Of a stretch of DNA of 64,000 bases, positions 13,520 through 24,629 are shown in pieces. The notes below the pieces were generated by a model that was given only the letters and a program-made list of their open reading frames with translations, was not told the DNA's origin and made no database searches. The stretch comes from Takakia lepidozioides (taxonomy: Eukaryota > Plantae > Bryophyta), in the NCBI GenBank assembly GCA_030704615.1, contig CM060732.1, positions 14,632,001-14,696,000 of the forward strand, read 5' to 3'. The translations under genes were made by a program, and so were the position numbers. Position 1 is the first letter of the stretch. Each line of letters opens with the position of its first letter.

Positions 13520-14870
13520 CTACCCCCGGATGAAAATTCGGCACCTAATATCCAGCAGGGGCCGCACGTATGAAGTCGCCTCGGGCAGAGAGCCCGGACC
13601 TGTCCGACAGAGAACAACCCCTGGATGGAAATTCAGCGCCGAATTTCAATTCGGATCCCCCCAAAGGAAGTCGTGTCGGGGGGTCAGGCCGAAAACTGGC
13701 CGACATAAAAACCTCCCCGGATGGAAAAACAGCGCCGAATTTCCATCCGAGGCCGTTCGGATGCAGTCGGCTCGGGGGAAAGGCCGCCACTTGGCCCTCT
13801 CATTACAACCCCCGGACGGAAATTCGGCACCGAATATCCAACAGGGGAAGCCCGGATGAAGTCGCCTCGGGCGTAAAGGCCGGCGCGTGTTCGACAGAGA
13901 GTATCCCCTGGATGGAGATTCGGCGCCGAATTTCCATCCGGGGCCGTTCGGATGCAGTCGAGGAGGGGGGAGAGGCCGGCACCTGGCCGTCACATTTCAA
14001 CCCCCGGACGGAAATTCGGCACCGAATATCCAACAGGGGACGCCCGGATGAAGTCGCCTCGGGCGGAGAGGCCGGCACCTGTCCGATAGAGACCATCCCC
14101 CGGATGGAAATTCGGCGCCAAATTTCCATCCGGGCCCCCTCAAAGGAAGTCCGGTCGGGTGGTGAGGCCCAAAACTGGACGATATAAAAACCTCCCAGGA
14201 TGGAATAACGGCGCCGAATTTCCGTGCGGGGCGGTTCGGATGCAGTCGGGGAGGGGGGAGAGGCCGGCACCTGGCCGTCACATTTCAACCCCCGGACGGA
14301 AATTCGGAATATCCAACAGAGGACGCCCGGACGAAGTCGCCTCGGGCGGAGAGGTCGGCACCTGTCCGACAGAGACCGTCCCCCGGATGAAAATTCGCCG
14401 CCGAATTTCCATCCGGGCCCCCTCAAAGGAAGTCCGGTCGGGTGGTGAGGCCCAAAACTGGACGATATAAAAACCTCCCAAGATGGAAAAACGGCGCCGA
14501 ATTTCCGTACGAGGCCGTTCGGATTTCCCTCCAGCAGTCAAAGATTCCATGAAAAACGTGTCTAAAAGTGGACTTCAGCCACAAAACTAACAGTTTAGTT
14601 TGTTTTTCTCCGAAAAACCAAGCGGCCACGCTCAGAATTACCTGGCGAATGGAAATTCGGCGCCGAATTTCCATCCGCCAGCGATCCGAGTTACCTGCTG
14701 GATGGAAATTCGGCGCCAGATTTCCATCCATCCGGGCTTCGAATTACCTGTAGGATGGAAATTCGGCGCCGAATTTCCATCCTGATCCGCTCCGAATTAC
14801 CTGCATGACGGAAATTTTGCGCGCCGCCCTACCTGCCGGATGGAAATTCGGCGCCGAATTTCCATCCATC
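13520..14870. repeat. Array 2 of the GGAAATTCGGCGCCGAATTTCC palindrome, between the divergent MULE genes
   Basis: Many copies within degenerate longer repeats. Perfect 32-bp palindrome AGGATGGAAATTCGGCGCCGAATTTCCATCCT at 14752-14783. Confidence 0.9.
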
Positions 14871-15093
14871 CGCTCATCCAGACCGCAGCGGAAGTTGAAA
14901 GCTTTGTACTACGGACGACGGTCAATCTCTCGCATGGCCAAACTTAAGCTCCAGCAAGAGATTCCAGTGTCTTGCTCACAACCTGCGCCAACTGAAGCCG
15001 AGTACTCTCAGGCAAGCCACTTTTGCTTTCGCTTTGTTCGCTTTGTTGTTTCGCTTTGTTTTTGCAACTTCATCCTGGCATCGCTGGAAGCGT

Positions 15094-18000
15094 ATGGCTG
15101 CATCGCAAAAGCAGCAGCTGTTGCGAAGAATGATCAAGGTCTGAGTGGTTAAAAATTAAGGAAATTCATGCTGAGCTAAGAAGATGAAGTGTCTTCAAAA
15201 CATTTCACCATGTTTTCCCGTCTTCTGGAATTCCTGATCATTTGTTCATCGTGTTTCATATTACCGGTTGAGTGAACCTTAGATAGTTTGCAATGCGTGT
15301 GCAAAGTCGGCAGCTCTGGAGAAGGCTACTTGTGCATGTCATCTTAGGCATTGGTTGGATTTGTTTTCATTGTTGTTCCATGGCACTCCATACTTCCTAA
15401 ACGTGTTTTGTTTTCATTGTTGTTCCACGATTGTTGCTATGGTGGTTGCGCTGCTCGTTGCGATGCTGGTTTTGGCACCGATGTTGGTTCTGACGATTTT
15501 GGGAATGACAGAGTGACGATGAGCCCGGCACGCTGGTGGTATCATCGACCGCTCCAACTCATCGCATGTTTGAATCGCCCAACTTGAGGCGAGAGGGCAA
15601 ACTTCAATTTGTTGGTGGACGGGAGGACCTGCAGCGAGAGTACGACAGAATAGGCATTGGGGAGGTTGGTGCAGGCGGCATGGCAGGTGAAGGGCGTGAG
15701 GACGTGAGGACAGCAGATCCGGCAATGGAGGTTGTTGATGCACATGCAGTAGGGCCCGCCCACGCAAAGAAGAAGAAGAAAGCTAAGCACATGCAATCCC
15801 CAGCGAGAGAGCCGTCACGGGCTACGGAGGGGGGAGTGAGTAGTGCGCGCGAGGGTGTCAGTTCGCCTCAATCAAAGGTGGTCGTCCATCCGGGCTCCCC
15901 TGCTGCTAGCCCTAGTAAGAAACAGAAAGCCCGTGAGAGGGCAAAAGAGAGGGCAAAAGAACAGGCGAGACAGAAGGCTAGCCAGGAGGAAAGAGAAAAA
16001 GCCACTGAAGAGGCCAGGGGTGCCCAAATGACAGATGCCAATGTAAGCGAGGGACGCACAGAGACGGTGGATCCCTCCAAGACACCACAAAGAGGCAGTA
16101 ACACACTAGTTAGACCATCGCGGGCAAGAGCAGCCCCTGCAATTACCCATATGGTGGAGAGTGGAGGAGAGGAAAGAACACCAGAAAGAGCACGGATTGT
16201 GCAAGTTCGAGGTGAAGCCGGGGAGAGGGCAGTAGAGACGGGGAGAGTGCCCGAGGTGGTTTCGCCGGTGGCTGACCATGTTGAGGAGGACGACAGGGAG
16301 CTTTCTGACCAGGATGACATCCTCCCGGACATCCCCAGGCCCCAAACCCGCAGCATACAGGCTGGATTTGGCGGTCCTGGTGGGCTGCCGGAGAACCCCT
16401 CTGCAGCAGACGTCATGTCGGAGGCGGATATGAAGTTGGCCGCTACCAAGATGTTGGAGGCAACCCACAACAACATTGGCAGGGTGCTGGGGGGTATGGT
16501 GTACCCGGCCAAGCTTCGGATTCCCCTTTGCCGCTTGGTGTCATTGCAAGTGGTGAGACCTGCCCTCCCAGGCAATATCGACAAGCTGAAATTCTCTTTC
16601 CGGGATGGATATCGAATGGGGTCTGCCCCGTTTTACGTTTCCATTGAGAACAACCACGGAGCGACCCGTGCCCACACTTCCGATGAGGTGGGGTCCCCAT
16701 TGGCAAAGGCGAAATGAGGAGTTCGAGAGAACGATTGCTACTGATCCTCTTTTCCAGCACTTGTCCGGTAAGATGTTTTACGTGTGGGACGGCAATCATC
16801 GCCTCCTGGCATGGATGGAGCACATAGCCGAAGTCCACCCCAACGACCTCGATTGGCATTTCGCCGTGGAGTGTGTTGTGCTGAAGGTTGCGGGGCCCAA
16901 AGATCGCAGTCTTCTCAAAGCTGCAATGGCGGACATCAACTCGTAAGTTACAACGCCTCTTGCTTTTGGACCCATCCGATTGTAAGTCATTTCATTGCGA
17001 ATCCTCATATTTGTTGTAAATTCCCATTTCAGAATTGTTTGATGGAAATGTGGCATTGCAGGGTGACTGAGAATGCCTTCATTGCCACCAACTTGTCCCA
17101 TATGCTCTTCCGAGTGAAGGATGTCGGGAAGCAGGGGGTGCAAGAGTTTGCCAATTCGCTCAGTGCCGACCTCCTGCGCAAGTCAGAGGCAAAGGCAGAC
17201 AGAACCTGGTATAGGCTGAGCATGGACGCCATGGTGGACTACATATTTCGGGTAAAGCTCCTGACTGTTTTGTTGAGCTAATTTGTCTCTCCTCCCCCAA
17301 TAGAAGAAAAAGTGTTGAGCAGGATCTCTAATCTTATGTGCGCATTCTTGATAGACGAAAATTCAGCAGGATTTGGCACATGCGCGGAGGTTCTACATGG
17401 AGTCAGAGGAGAAGAATCTAACCCTCCCGGCACTCGAATCGTATCTCAAAGCTGCGGAGGTGAGGGCCCGCATAAAGTACAAGTCGTGGATGGTAAAGTA
17501 CGTGGTCATAGCTGATCCCGCCCTTGGTGCCGACTTTCTGGTGGAGGTAGGGAAGCACTACTCCCGCGCTCTGAAGCCCACAATGACATTGGAGAAACTC
17601 CATCGTCTAGCCACATCCTGTGTAGATGGTGCAGAAAAGGTGATACATTCTTAACCAAATTGTGGTGGCAACAACTCGTTTTTGTGGTGTTTGGTGCTTA
17701 CGAATATGCTGGGTGGTTGGACAGACCCGGTGGCTCCAAATCTGGAATGGTTCCCAAAGTACAAAGGACATGTGGAGCTTCCCCAAACCGGACAAACTGT
17801 CTGACCCCACATTCGACATGTGGATGAACCGCATGACATGGTGGTTTCAGGTACTTCCCCACGCTTCGTTTGGCGCTTCTACTCTTGTAGGGGGTGGATT
17901 CATTGTATTTTTTCAGCAATGCGATCTGATGGAGAATCTCCACAGGTGACGACGAATGCGCAAGAGCAGCTGGACACACAAGCACATCAGTTCAAAGATG

Positions 18001-21000
18001 GAGATTTCTCCTGCAGCAGAGAGCCTACGCGACTATGTGACGAGGTACTTTCTGCTCTACAAAACCGACCTATTCTTTCAGGAGATACCACATGCCCGCC
18101 GGAGCCACGAGTTCACCGACCAGCCGAACGCGGACAAAGCAGCAATGCGCCTTCTGTACAGGTACATACGCGATGTCTTCCTTTCAGTCCTTGCATTTTT
18201 TGCTGAATTTCCAGATCAGGGCTCCAAAAATGGCTAAGTCCCTAGGGTGGCTGGCCCTGAACTGGAAATTTGGCGCCATTTTTCCAGGTCAAGGCCATAT
18301 GGGACTTAGCCATTTTCGGGCCGGACCTGTGAAAATGGGGCCGAATTTCCAGTCAGGACTCCGAAAATGGCTAAGTCCCTAGGGTGGCTGGCCCTGAACT
18401 GGAAATTTGGCGCCATTTTTCCAGGTCAAGGCCATATGGGACTTAGCCATTTTCGGGCCGGACCTGTGAAAATGGCGCCGAATTTCCAGTCAAGGCTCCG
18501 AAAATGGCTAAGTCCCTAGGGTGGCTGGCCCTGAACTGGAAATTCGGCGCCATTTTTCCAGTTCTGGGCCCTATTGCCGTTCTGGGACTTAGCCATTTTC
18601 GGGCTGGACCTGGGAAAATGGCGCCGAATTTCCAGTCAGGGCTCCGAAAATGGCTAAGTCCCTAGGGTGGCTGGCCCTGAACTGGAAATTCGGCGCCATT
18701 TTTCCAGTTCTGGGCCCTATTGCCGTTCTGGGACTTAGCCATTTTCGGGCCGGACCTGGAAAATGGCGCCGAATTTCCAGTCAGGGCTCCGAAAATGGCT
18801 AAGTCCCTAGGGTGGCTGGCCCTGAACTGGAAATTCGGTGCCATTTTTCCAGTTCTGGGCCCTATTGCCGTTCTGGGACTTAGCCATCTTCGGGCCAAAC
18901 CGGGAAAAATGGCGCCGAATTTCCAGTTCAGGGCTCCCAAGATGGCTAAGTCCCTAGGGTGGCAGTCACCGAAAACCGAAATTCGGCGCCATTTTTCCAT
19001 TTCTAGGCCCACTCAGATCCGCCCCAACCTGGGAAAATGGTGCCGAATTTGCAGTTCAGGGACCTCATTGTGTTTTTCATGAATGCAGGTACTGCAAGTT
19101 CTCCCTTTTGGAAGGTCATCTGTCTTTCGAGCCACCATTCTTCCTGGCATGGAGGAACCCTGGGGCTGACTCCATGTACACTGACGATATTGTGAAGGAG
19201 TGGCATCTGGAACATTTGCGTGATTGCCCTTGGTATGTGGACCTTCCGCCCGGCTCGCTCAACCCATCCGAGTTTCAATTGAAGCTGGATGCTGAGGCCC
19301 GACGAAACCGGGCTCCGCTGCCTCCGCTGGGTGCAAAAGAGGCAAAAGCGCTTGCGAACTCCAGGAAAGCGGCAGAGCTTGCTCAGGCAGGAATCCAGGA
19401 GAAATTGAATGAGAAGAGTAAAGGCCAAAGGAAAAGGACAAGGAAACAGGTGAGTGCAGTAACACCCAAAAAACAGAAAACCATCGGGGCATCGGAGGAG
19501 GCGCAGGAGGGGACCCAAGAGAGTGACTCGGACGACGACTTTGTTCAAGGTCTTGCGACTGCTGTTGCTCCTACCCAGTCACCGGTCGTCCGGGTTCCCA
19601 AGTCAGTTCGGAGTGGGACTGGCTCTGCCAAGAAGTTGGCATTTGAGGGCGAGCCTACACGGCGGTATTCGGCGGTGACGTTTACGCACAGGCCAAAACT
19701 AGAACCTCCAACCATCATCCAATGCGTCAATGAGAGCTTCCTTGACGCTCTCACTGCCAGGGCGAAGAAGGTGGCACACAACAAGTCTCTGGCGGAGCGG
19801 GGAAAGCCAAGAAGAGGGCTGGCGGTACAGAGCCTAAAGACACCCCTGGTTTTGAAGCCATGATGGAATTCTTCATGGCTGTGAGCACGGATTGCAAGAG
19901 CACTCGGGGGGGGGGGGGGGGGGGTTGAGGTGGAGAGAGCTTGCGACATGATTCTCCTCGACATTCCAGATGGGGAGCTGCTGGAGGGCCTGGATGGTGT
20001 GCCCACCTGGAACAGGTTTACTGAGGACTACTGGAAAGCCGGGTTTGGGCTGGCGGGGATGCTTCTGGATGACGGTGGATGTGTGGTTGTCCTTGCCACA
20101 AGAGGGAAGACCACAGAGAATGCGGTGGCAAGGTGGACACCGAAAAGTGTCACCCCGGTCCTCCTCAGAAAATGGTTCTGCATCAATACACAGGGGTTGC
20201 GAACAGAGGGCCAAAGTGTAAGTTATCAATCTATTGCATTCACATCATATTGTGGTGTATCTAAACAAGATCCCGGAGTTGATCCCTCTTTTGTTGGATG
20301 TGCAGACATTGGTGTTTGAGGCATATTGCTTTGTGAAGAGAGGGTCTACGTTCAAATTCCGCAACGACGGTCGTCTTGTTGATGCCGCTGTGGACCCTGT
20401 AACCTACGATGTCCTCTACAACTATGTGCCCCACTCCAGTATGCCGAAGGACACAAAGACAGGCAAACCGTGGCAGTACAGCCGGACCCGGAGCCCTGCT
20501 TTCATCCAAACCCTCATGGAGACGTGCTCGGATGTCCAAGGGCGGATTCTGGACCTCACATGCGGCACGGGTAAGCCTTCACGTGCTCAGTTTGTCCCCT
20601 GGCCCAATTGCAATTGCATGCCGCAAGCTATTAACCGCCCGCTTTGTTCCTCAGGTGCTTCAATGTGGGTAGGGACGTTGTCCGATAGGCATGTGTTTAC
20701 CTTCGAGCCAGATACTGCCCTCCACAACTCGAAACTTGCAGCGGCTGAACGTCTGCCGAAAGAGGAGGAGGCATCCTCGGAGGATGAGGAAAAATCCGAG
20801 AAGGAGCAGGGGGAGGAACAAGTTGGGATCGAGGCCGAGGAGCCCCCGGTGTACGAGTGAGTGGTCGCATTGTAAGTTGCCTCCAAATTTTGTGAGTCAC
20901 CTCCCTTCGCCCTCTTATTTCATTGAAAACCCTTTCTGCTTCTGCTGGTATTGACATTCTTGAAGTGGATTTGTTCTTACTGTAGGATGCCAAGTACGGC

Positions 21001-21454
21001 AGGAGGGACGTCTACACCGGAGTTCATGGGCAGGAGGAACGTGCCTTTTTTTGCCAGGGGGGATTTCATGCCTAGTCGAGAAAGGGACTACATCCTTCCT
21101 ACTTATGCTGCCCGGCTTGCTTCGGTGTCCATTAGGAGGTGTTCCGAACCTAGTCGTGTACATCAGATTTTAGACGAGGCAAGCCTCAAGAAAATGAAGA
21201 TGAGGGAGGAGGCAGCAGCTATTAGAGCCCGTCGGGCTCGTAGATTTGTCTTGGATTCTGCTGAGGAAAGTGGGGGAGAAGAGGCAGAAGATTCCCAGGA
21301 GGTGAGGTGGACAGTCCCCCAAGGAGAGGATGGCATTTTTGAGAGGCATACTGCAACCGATGCATCACAGAGCTCGGAGGATGGGGAGGATGGGGGGGAT
21401 GAGGGGGATGAGGAAGAAGGAGGGCCAAGTTCCTCGGAAGGTGTAGGAGAGTAG
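15094..21454 (+). pseudogene. Spliced MULE cargo gene: low-complexity N-terminus, ParB/Srx-like domain, unknown central region, beta-class N6A/N4C methyltransferase-like domain, acidic tail
   Basis: ParB/Srx-like: VVRPALPGNIDKLKFSFRDGY ... FYVWDGNHRLLAW (DGNHR at 16788-16802; GxxRxxA). MTase-like: CDMILLDIPDG (motif IV position, 19960) precedes RSPAFIQTLMETCSDVQGRILDLTCGT|GASMWVGTLSDRHVFTFEPD (motifs X, I, II; 20490-20715). GT-AG introns keep frame, e.g. LLYR|YCKFSLLEGH across about 18162-19088 and CGT|GASM across 20571-20654. Frameshift near 16690 and stops near 19861-19884. First exon (15094) is tentative. Confidence 0.72.
18200..19060. repeat. Array 3: about 5.5 tandem 137-146-bp units, each internally inverted, inside an intron of the cargo gene
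   Basis: Each unit has AAAATGGCTAAGTCCC...CTGGAAATTCGGCGCCATTTTT...GGGACTTAGCCATTTT...AAAATGGCGCCGAATTTCCAG. Unit starts at about 18220, 18357, 18494, 18640, 18785, 18931. Confidence 0.92.
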
Positions 21455-21665
21455 TTCCCATTCCTGCTATGACAGTTAGGACACACTTGTATAGACGTGG
21501 CTTGCCACCAAATTTGCAATAAAATGTTGCATTTCATTGCTATGACGAGTCCACATGACCCTATTTCCGTGCCTCCTAACCCTATTTCCGTGGACACAAT
21601 TCGGCCCGCTCATGCTTCTTCTTTTTTCCGCTCATGCTCATGCCGCTCATGAAATAGCAGCCCCC

Positions 21666-22070
21666 TAGCCGAGCTCCAAAATGCTAGTTTTTGCTTCAGG
21701 TTTGAGATCACATTTTTGAAGCTCTGCTCGTTTGAAATATTAAGCCTATGGAATGACCAAGCAGAGTATGGGTTTCACCTTTCTACAGCCATCTAAGACC
21801 CAAGTCTTCCCCCCAAGGTACACAATGCGAGGAAGGGGCATTTCTCTGCATGTGCGACAATATTCCCACAGATTTTCCCCAATTGATTTTCAAGCCCGAG
21901 GCGAGGCAGAAAAGTTGCAGCGCCTTAAGGGCATTATCAATATTTTGTCTGTTGGAGTTATCTAGCAGGAGAGTTGTATCATCAGCGTACATTGAGATTT
22001 TAACCATGTTAGGCAGGCTTGGAAAGGGAATAGGGATATTTAAGCCTATGATGTCATCTTTTTGCAGCAT
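21666..22070 (-). mobile_element. LINE RT segment (YADD), continuation of the LINE at 7873-9582
   Basis: ISMYADDTTLLL...LQLFCLASGLKINWGKS; joins in frame across the MULE TSD. Confidence 0.88.
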
Positions 22071-22279
22071 GAGGAATTTTGGTACATGCTTAAAGCATGC
22101 CCAGTAGGCGCTCCATCTGGCGCCCTATCATCATTCTTGTTATGATGGGTTGCTGTTGGGGCTCTTGACAGCCCACGCGCCATCTAGCTTGTGGGCCTCA
22201 CCATACGCCTCCTTAACAAAGTGATGGTGAGGTAGTTTAGTGAGCCTCTGTTGGGCATGCTCTTAGAGGTAAATTCCTC

Positions 22280-23860
22280 GCCACCCGGACATTCAACAAT
22301 GGATCCTTGGAGGAGATCTCAACATGGTTGAGGACCAGGCTGACAGACTTGGGCCCAACAATCAGGGGTTATCAGCTCTAGAAAAAGATGCCTAGGAGTC
22401 TCTCTGTTTGTCGGTAGGTCTGTTGGACGCGTCTGTGCCTCACCCTAGAGAGCTATGATTTACTTCGACAAACCACAAAGACCTCCCTGATCTGTGCTCT
22501 GCTCGTCTTGAGCGGTTCTATTGCACTACCTCCCTTCTCAACTGGTCTAGGCACATACCCCTAAGTCCTATTCTCCCATGATTTGACCACTCTTTGGTTG
22601 CATTTGCCTTCCTCTTCTCGGGTGCTAGAACCAGGGGAAGAGGATTCTTCAAACTCAACCCAGAAATCCTTTCTGACCCCCAAGTCATTCAAAATCTCAA
22701 GAATACTTGGTCTTCTTCGGTTCCCCCCTTCACTTCTCTTACACTCATCTTCCTCATCAAATTTCAAAAAATCAAAAAGCTTTGTCAAGAGCTGGCCAGG
22801 ATCAAAGCGGAGGAGTCCCGCTGAAGGGAAAGGCTCTCACAAATTGTCTCCAAGTCTGTCAATACCAGATTCAGACGGGTAGACAAGGGCCCCAAACAGT
22901 GATTTCCTATAACCTAGCTAAGAGGCAGCTGGCAGCCTTGCTTCATTCCAAAGAGAATTACTCGAGAATCAAAGCAAGAGTGAACTGGTCCTTAAAAGGT
23001 GAAAAAATGACAAAATATTTTTTCATCAAAGCTGGACAAAGGCATGCGGCCAATCTAGTGTCTTCCCTCATGGGCAAGAATGGGATCTATCATGCCGATG
23101 CTCCAAAATAGCGGCTGACTTCTACGCTACCTTGTTCACAAAACAAGTCCTATAAGCTATCTCACAAGATGCCAAAAGGGCTCTAATTCATTTCATTCCT
23201 CGCTCCCCCTCAGAAGCAGATCAAAATATGCTCAATGCCCCCTTTACAATGGAAGAACTTGGAAGGGCAGCTGAACAATTGGCCCTTTTCAAGTGCCCTG
23301 GTCTGGACGGAGTCCCCATTGAGTTTTTCAAAACCCTTTGGATCACTGTTGGTGAGGATTTTCTGCTAATTTGGCTAATGATATTCTAGCTAAGAACATC
23401 ATGCCCTTCTCAAATTTCTGAGGGTCTTATATGAGTAATCTTCAAAAAGGGAGACAGAGGTAATATTGCCAACTACCGGCCCATAACTCTCCTCAACTCT
23501 ACCTATAAGATCATCTCAAAAACTTTGGCCTTAAGGTTGCAGCCCCTTCTTCCCAAAATCATCAGAAGTGAACAAATTTGGCTTCTTAAAGAAAGAATGA
23601 TCCTGGATAATGTTCTGCTTGCCCATTAAGCGCTCCATAGAGCTTGAGATCAGACTCATCAACCACTGGCTTTCCTGATGCTCGACTTTGAAAAGGCATT
23701 CGATTCTATAGAGTGGGATTTCATTTTGCAGGCTATGGCCAAGGTTGGCTTCTTAATCAATGGATCTTTCCTTGATTGGATAAACGTCCTACTGAGCTCA
23801 GCCTCTAGCAAGGTTATGATAAATGGCTCCATTTCTCAGTCCTTCCCTCTTTCTAGGTCT
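22280..23860 (+). mobile_element. Inverted 5' segment of LINE ORF2 (APE endonuclease C-half, linker, RT N-terminus), degenerate
   Basis: QWILGGDLNMV, SARLERFY, FDH, FFKLNPEIL, NWSLKGEKMTKYFF, KCPGLDGVPIEFF, NYRPITLLNSTYKIISK, MLDFEKAFDSIEW, VMINGSISQSFPLSRS. Confidence 0.85.
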
Positions 23861-24629
23861 GATTGTCTTTGTAGGTATTGGTTTGATTACACGTTCTTGA
23901 TTCAAATAAAAAGTATAACAGATCTTTAAGATATTGCACTTAATACCATTTTTTTAATTAAAATATATAGAGTAAAATTATGTGTCTCTTGACTCCGAAG
24001 GGTATGCCTTCCCGTAGGAAGGTGAACACATTTGTGACATCAACTGGTGGATTAAACCCACCACAATAGACAAGTGGTTTGTCACTGGGCTACGACGTTA
24101 AAACTGTAGAAATTGTAGAAGATGTTGAAAGTATAGTGTCTACTATCATCGTCATTATTGTACTAGGGCTACGCATTGCTCCAGACTACCGACTTCGGGG
24201 AACAACGTTCCATTTGATTGGAAATATATGTTATTATGTTTACTGCTGAAAACTTCCAGAACCAAACCTATAGGGTTCGCAGTGGTAAGTTGGAAATTCA
24301 CCTTATTTGTTTTTGTGAAATATATTCTAACCAATAACAGCCACCGGTAACTGGCTGGAGACCAGTGTCATTGTTTCTTCTTCTTCATGCTCTTTTGTTC
24401 GCAAAAGCCTGGCATTTGTCGTCCTGCCACTGGGATCTGGGCGTGGAAGAATGGGTGTGATTTATCCTCGCATGGAGGAGATTGCACCATGAGCATGCGT
24501 TTGCTGTCGCGGCCGCCATTTTTTTCCTTCCCATCCCCCGATTCTCAAGTTGAGCAGCTCGAACCCTAATAGAAGTCTTCATATCCAAGAAGACGGAGTG
24601 GTCTCAAGCGAGGCCGCCAAAAGAACGCA

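Larger units (their letters stand above)
9583..21665. mobile_element. Mutator-like DNA transposon (12,083 bp) with short imperfect TIRs, 8-bp TSD and a large cargo gene
   Basis: TSD TAGCCGAG at 9575-9582 and 21666-21673. Left end GAGGTTAGCTATTTCATGAGCATGAGCGGCATGAGCGGA; right end (reverse complement) GGGGGCTGCTATTTCATGAGCGGCATGAGCATGAGCGGA. Removing the element and one TSD restores the LINE frame ISNLKQKLAFWSSA|MLSIAGRALVVNQ. Confidence 0.92.

Noticed and set aside
13530-14790. Many predicted ORFs (EIRRRIS, WKFGAEF), also at 9695-10390 and 18660-19080
   Set aside because: They are translations of the palindromic DNA repeats in all frames, not proteins.
13520-19060. Regularly spaced palindromes as a CRISPR array
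   Set aside because: The spacers are themselves repeated, no cas genes are present, and the context is an intron-bearing eukaryotic transposon.
19906-19924. G19 run in the cargo CDS as a functional G-quadruplex or frameshift signal
   Set aside because: It is indistinguishable from homopolymer expansion or sequencing error in a decayed copy.
9575-21673. hAT classification of the 12-kb element because of the 8-bp TSD
   Set aside because: The transposase has MULE-type D..D..CxxH spacing and a SWIM finger, and the ends are G-rich rather than CAG/TAG.
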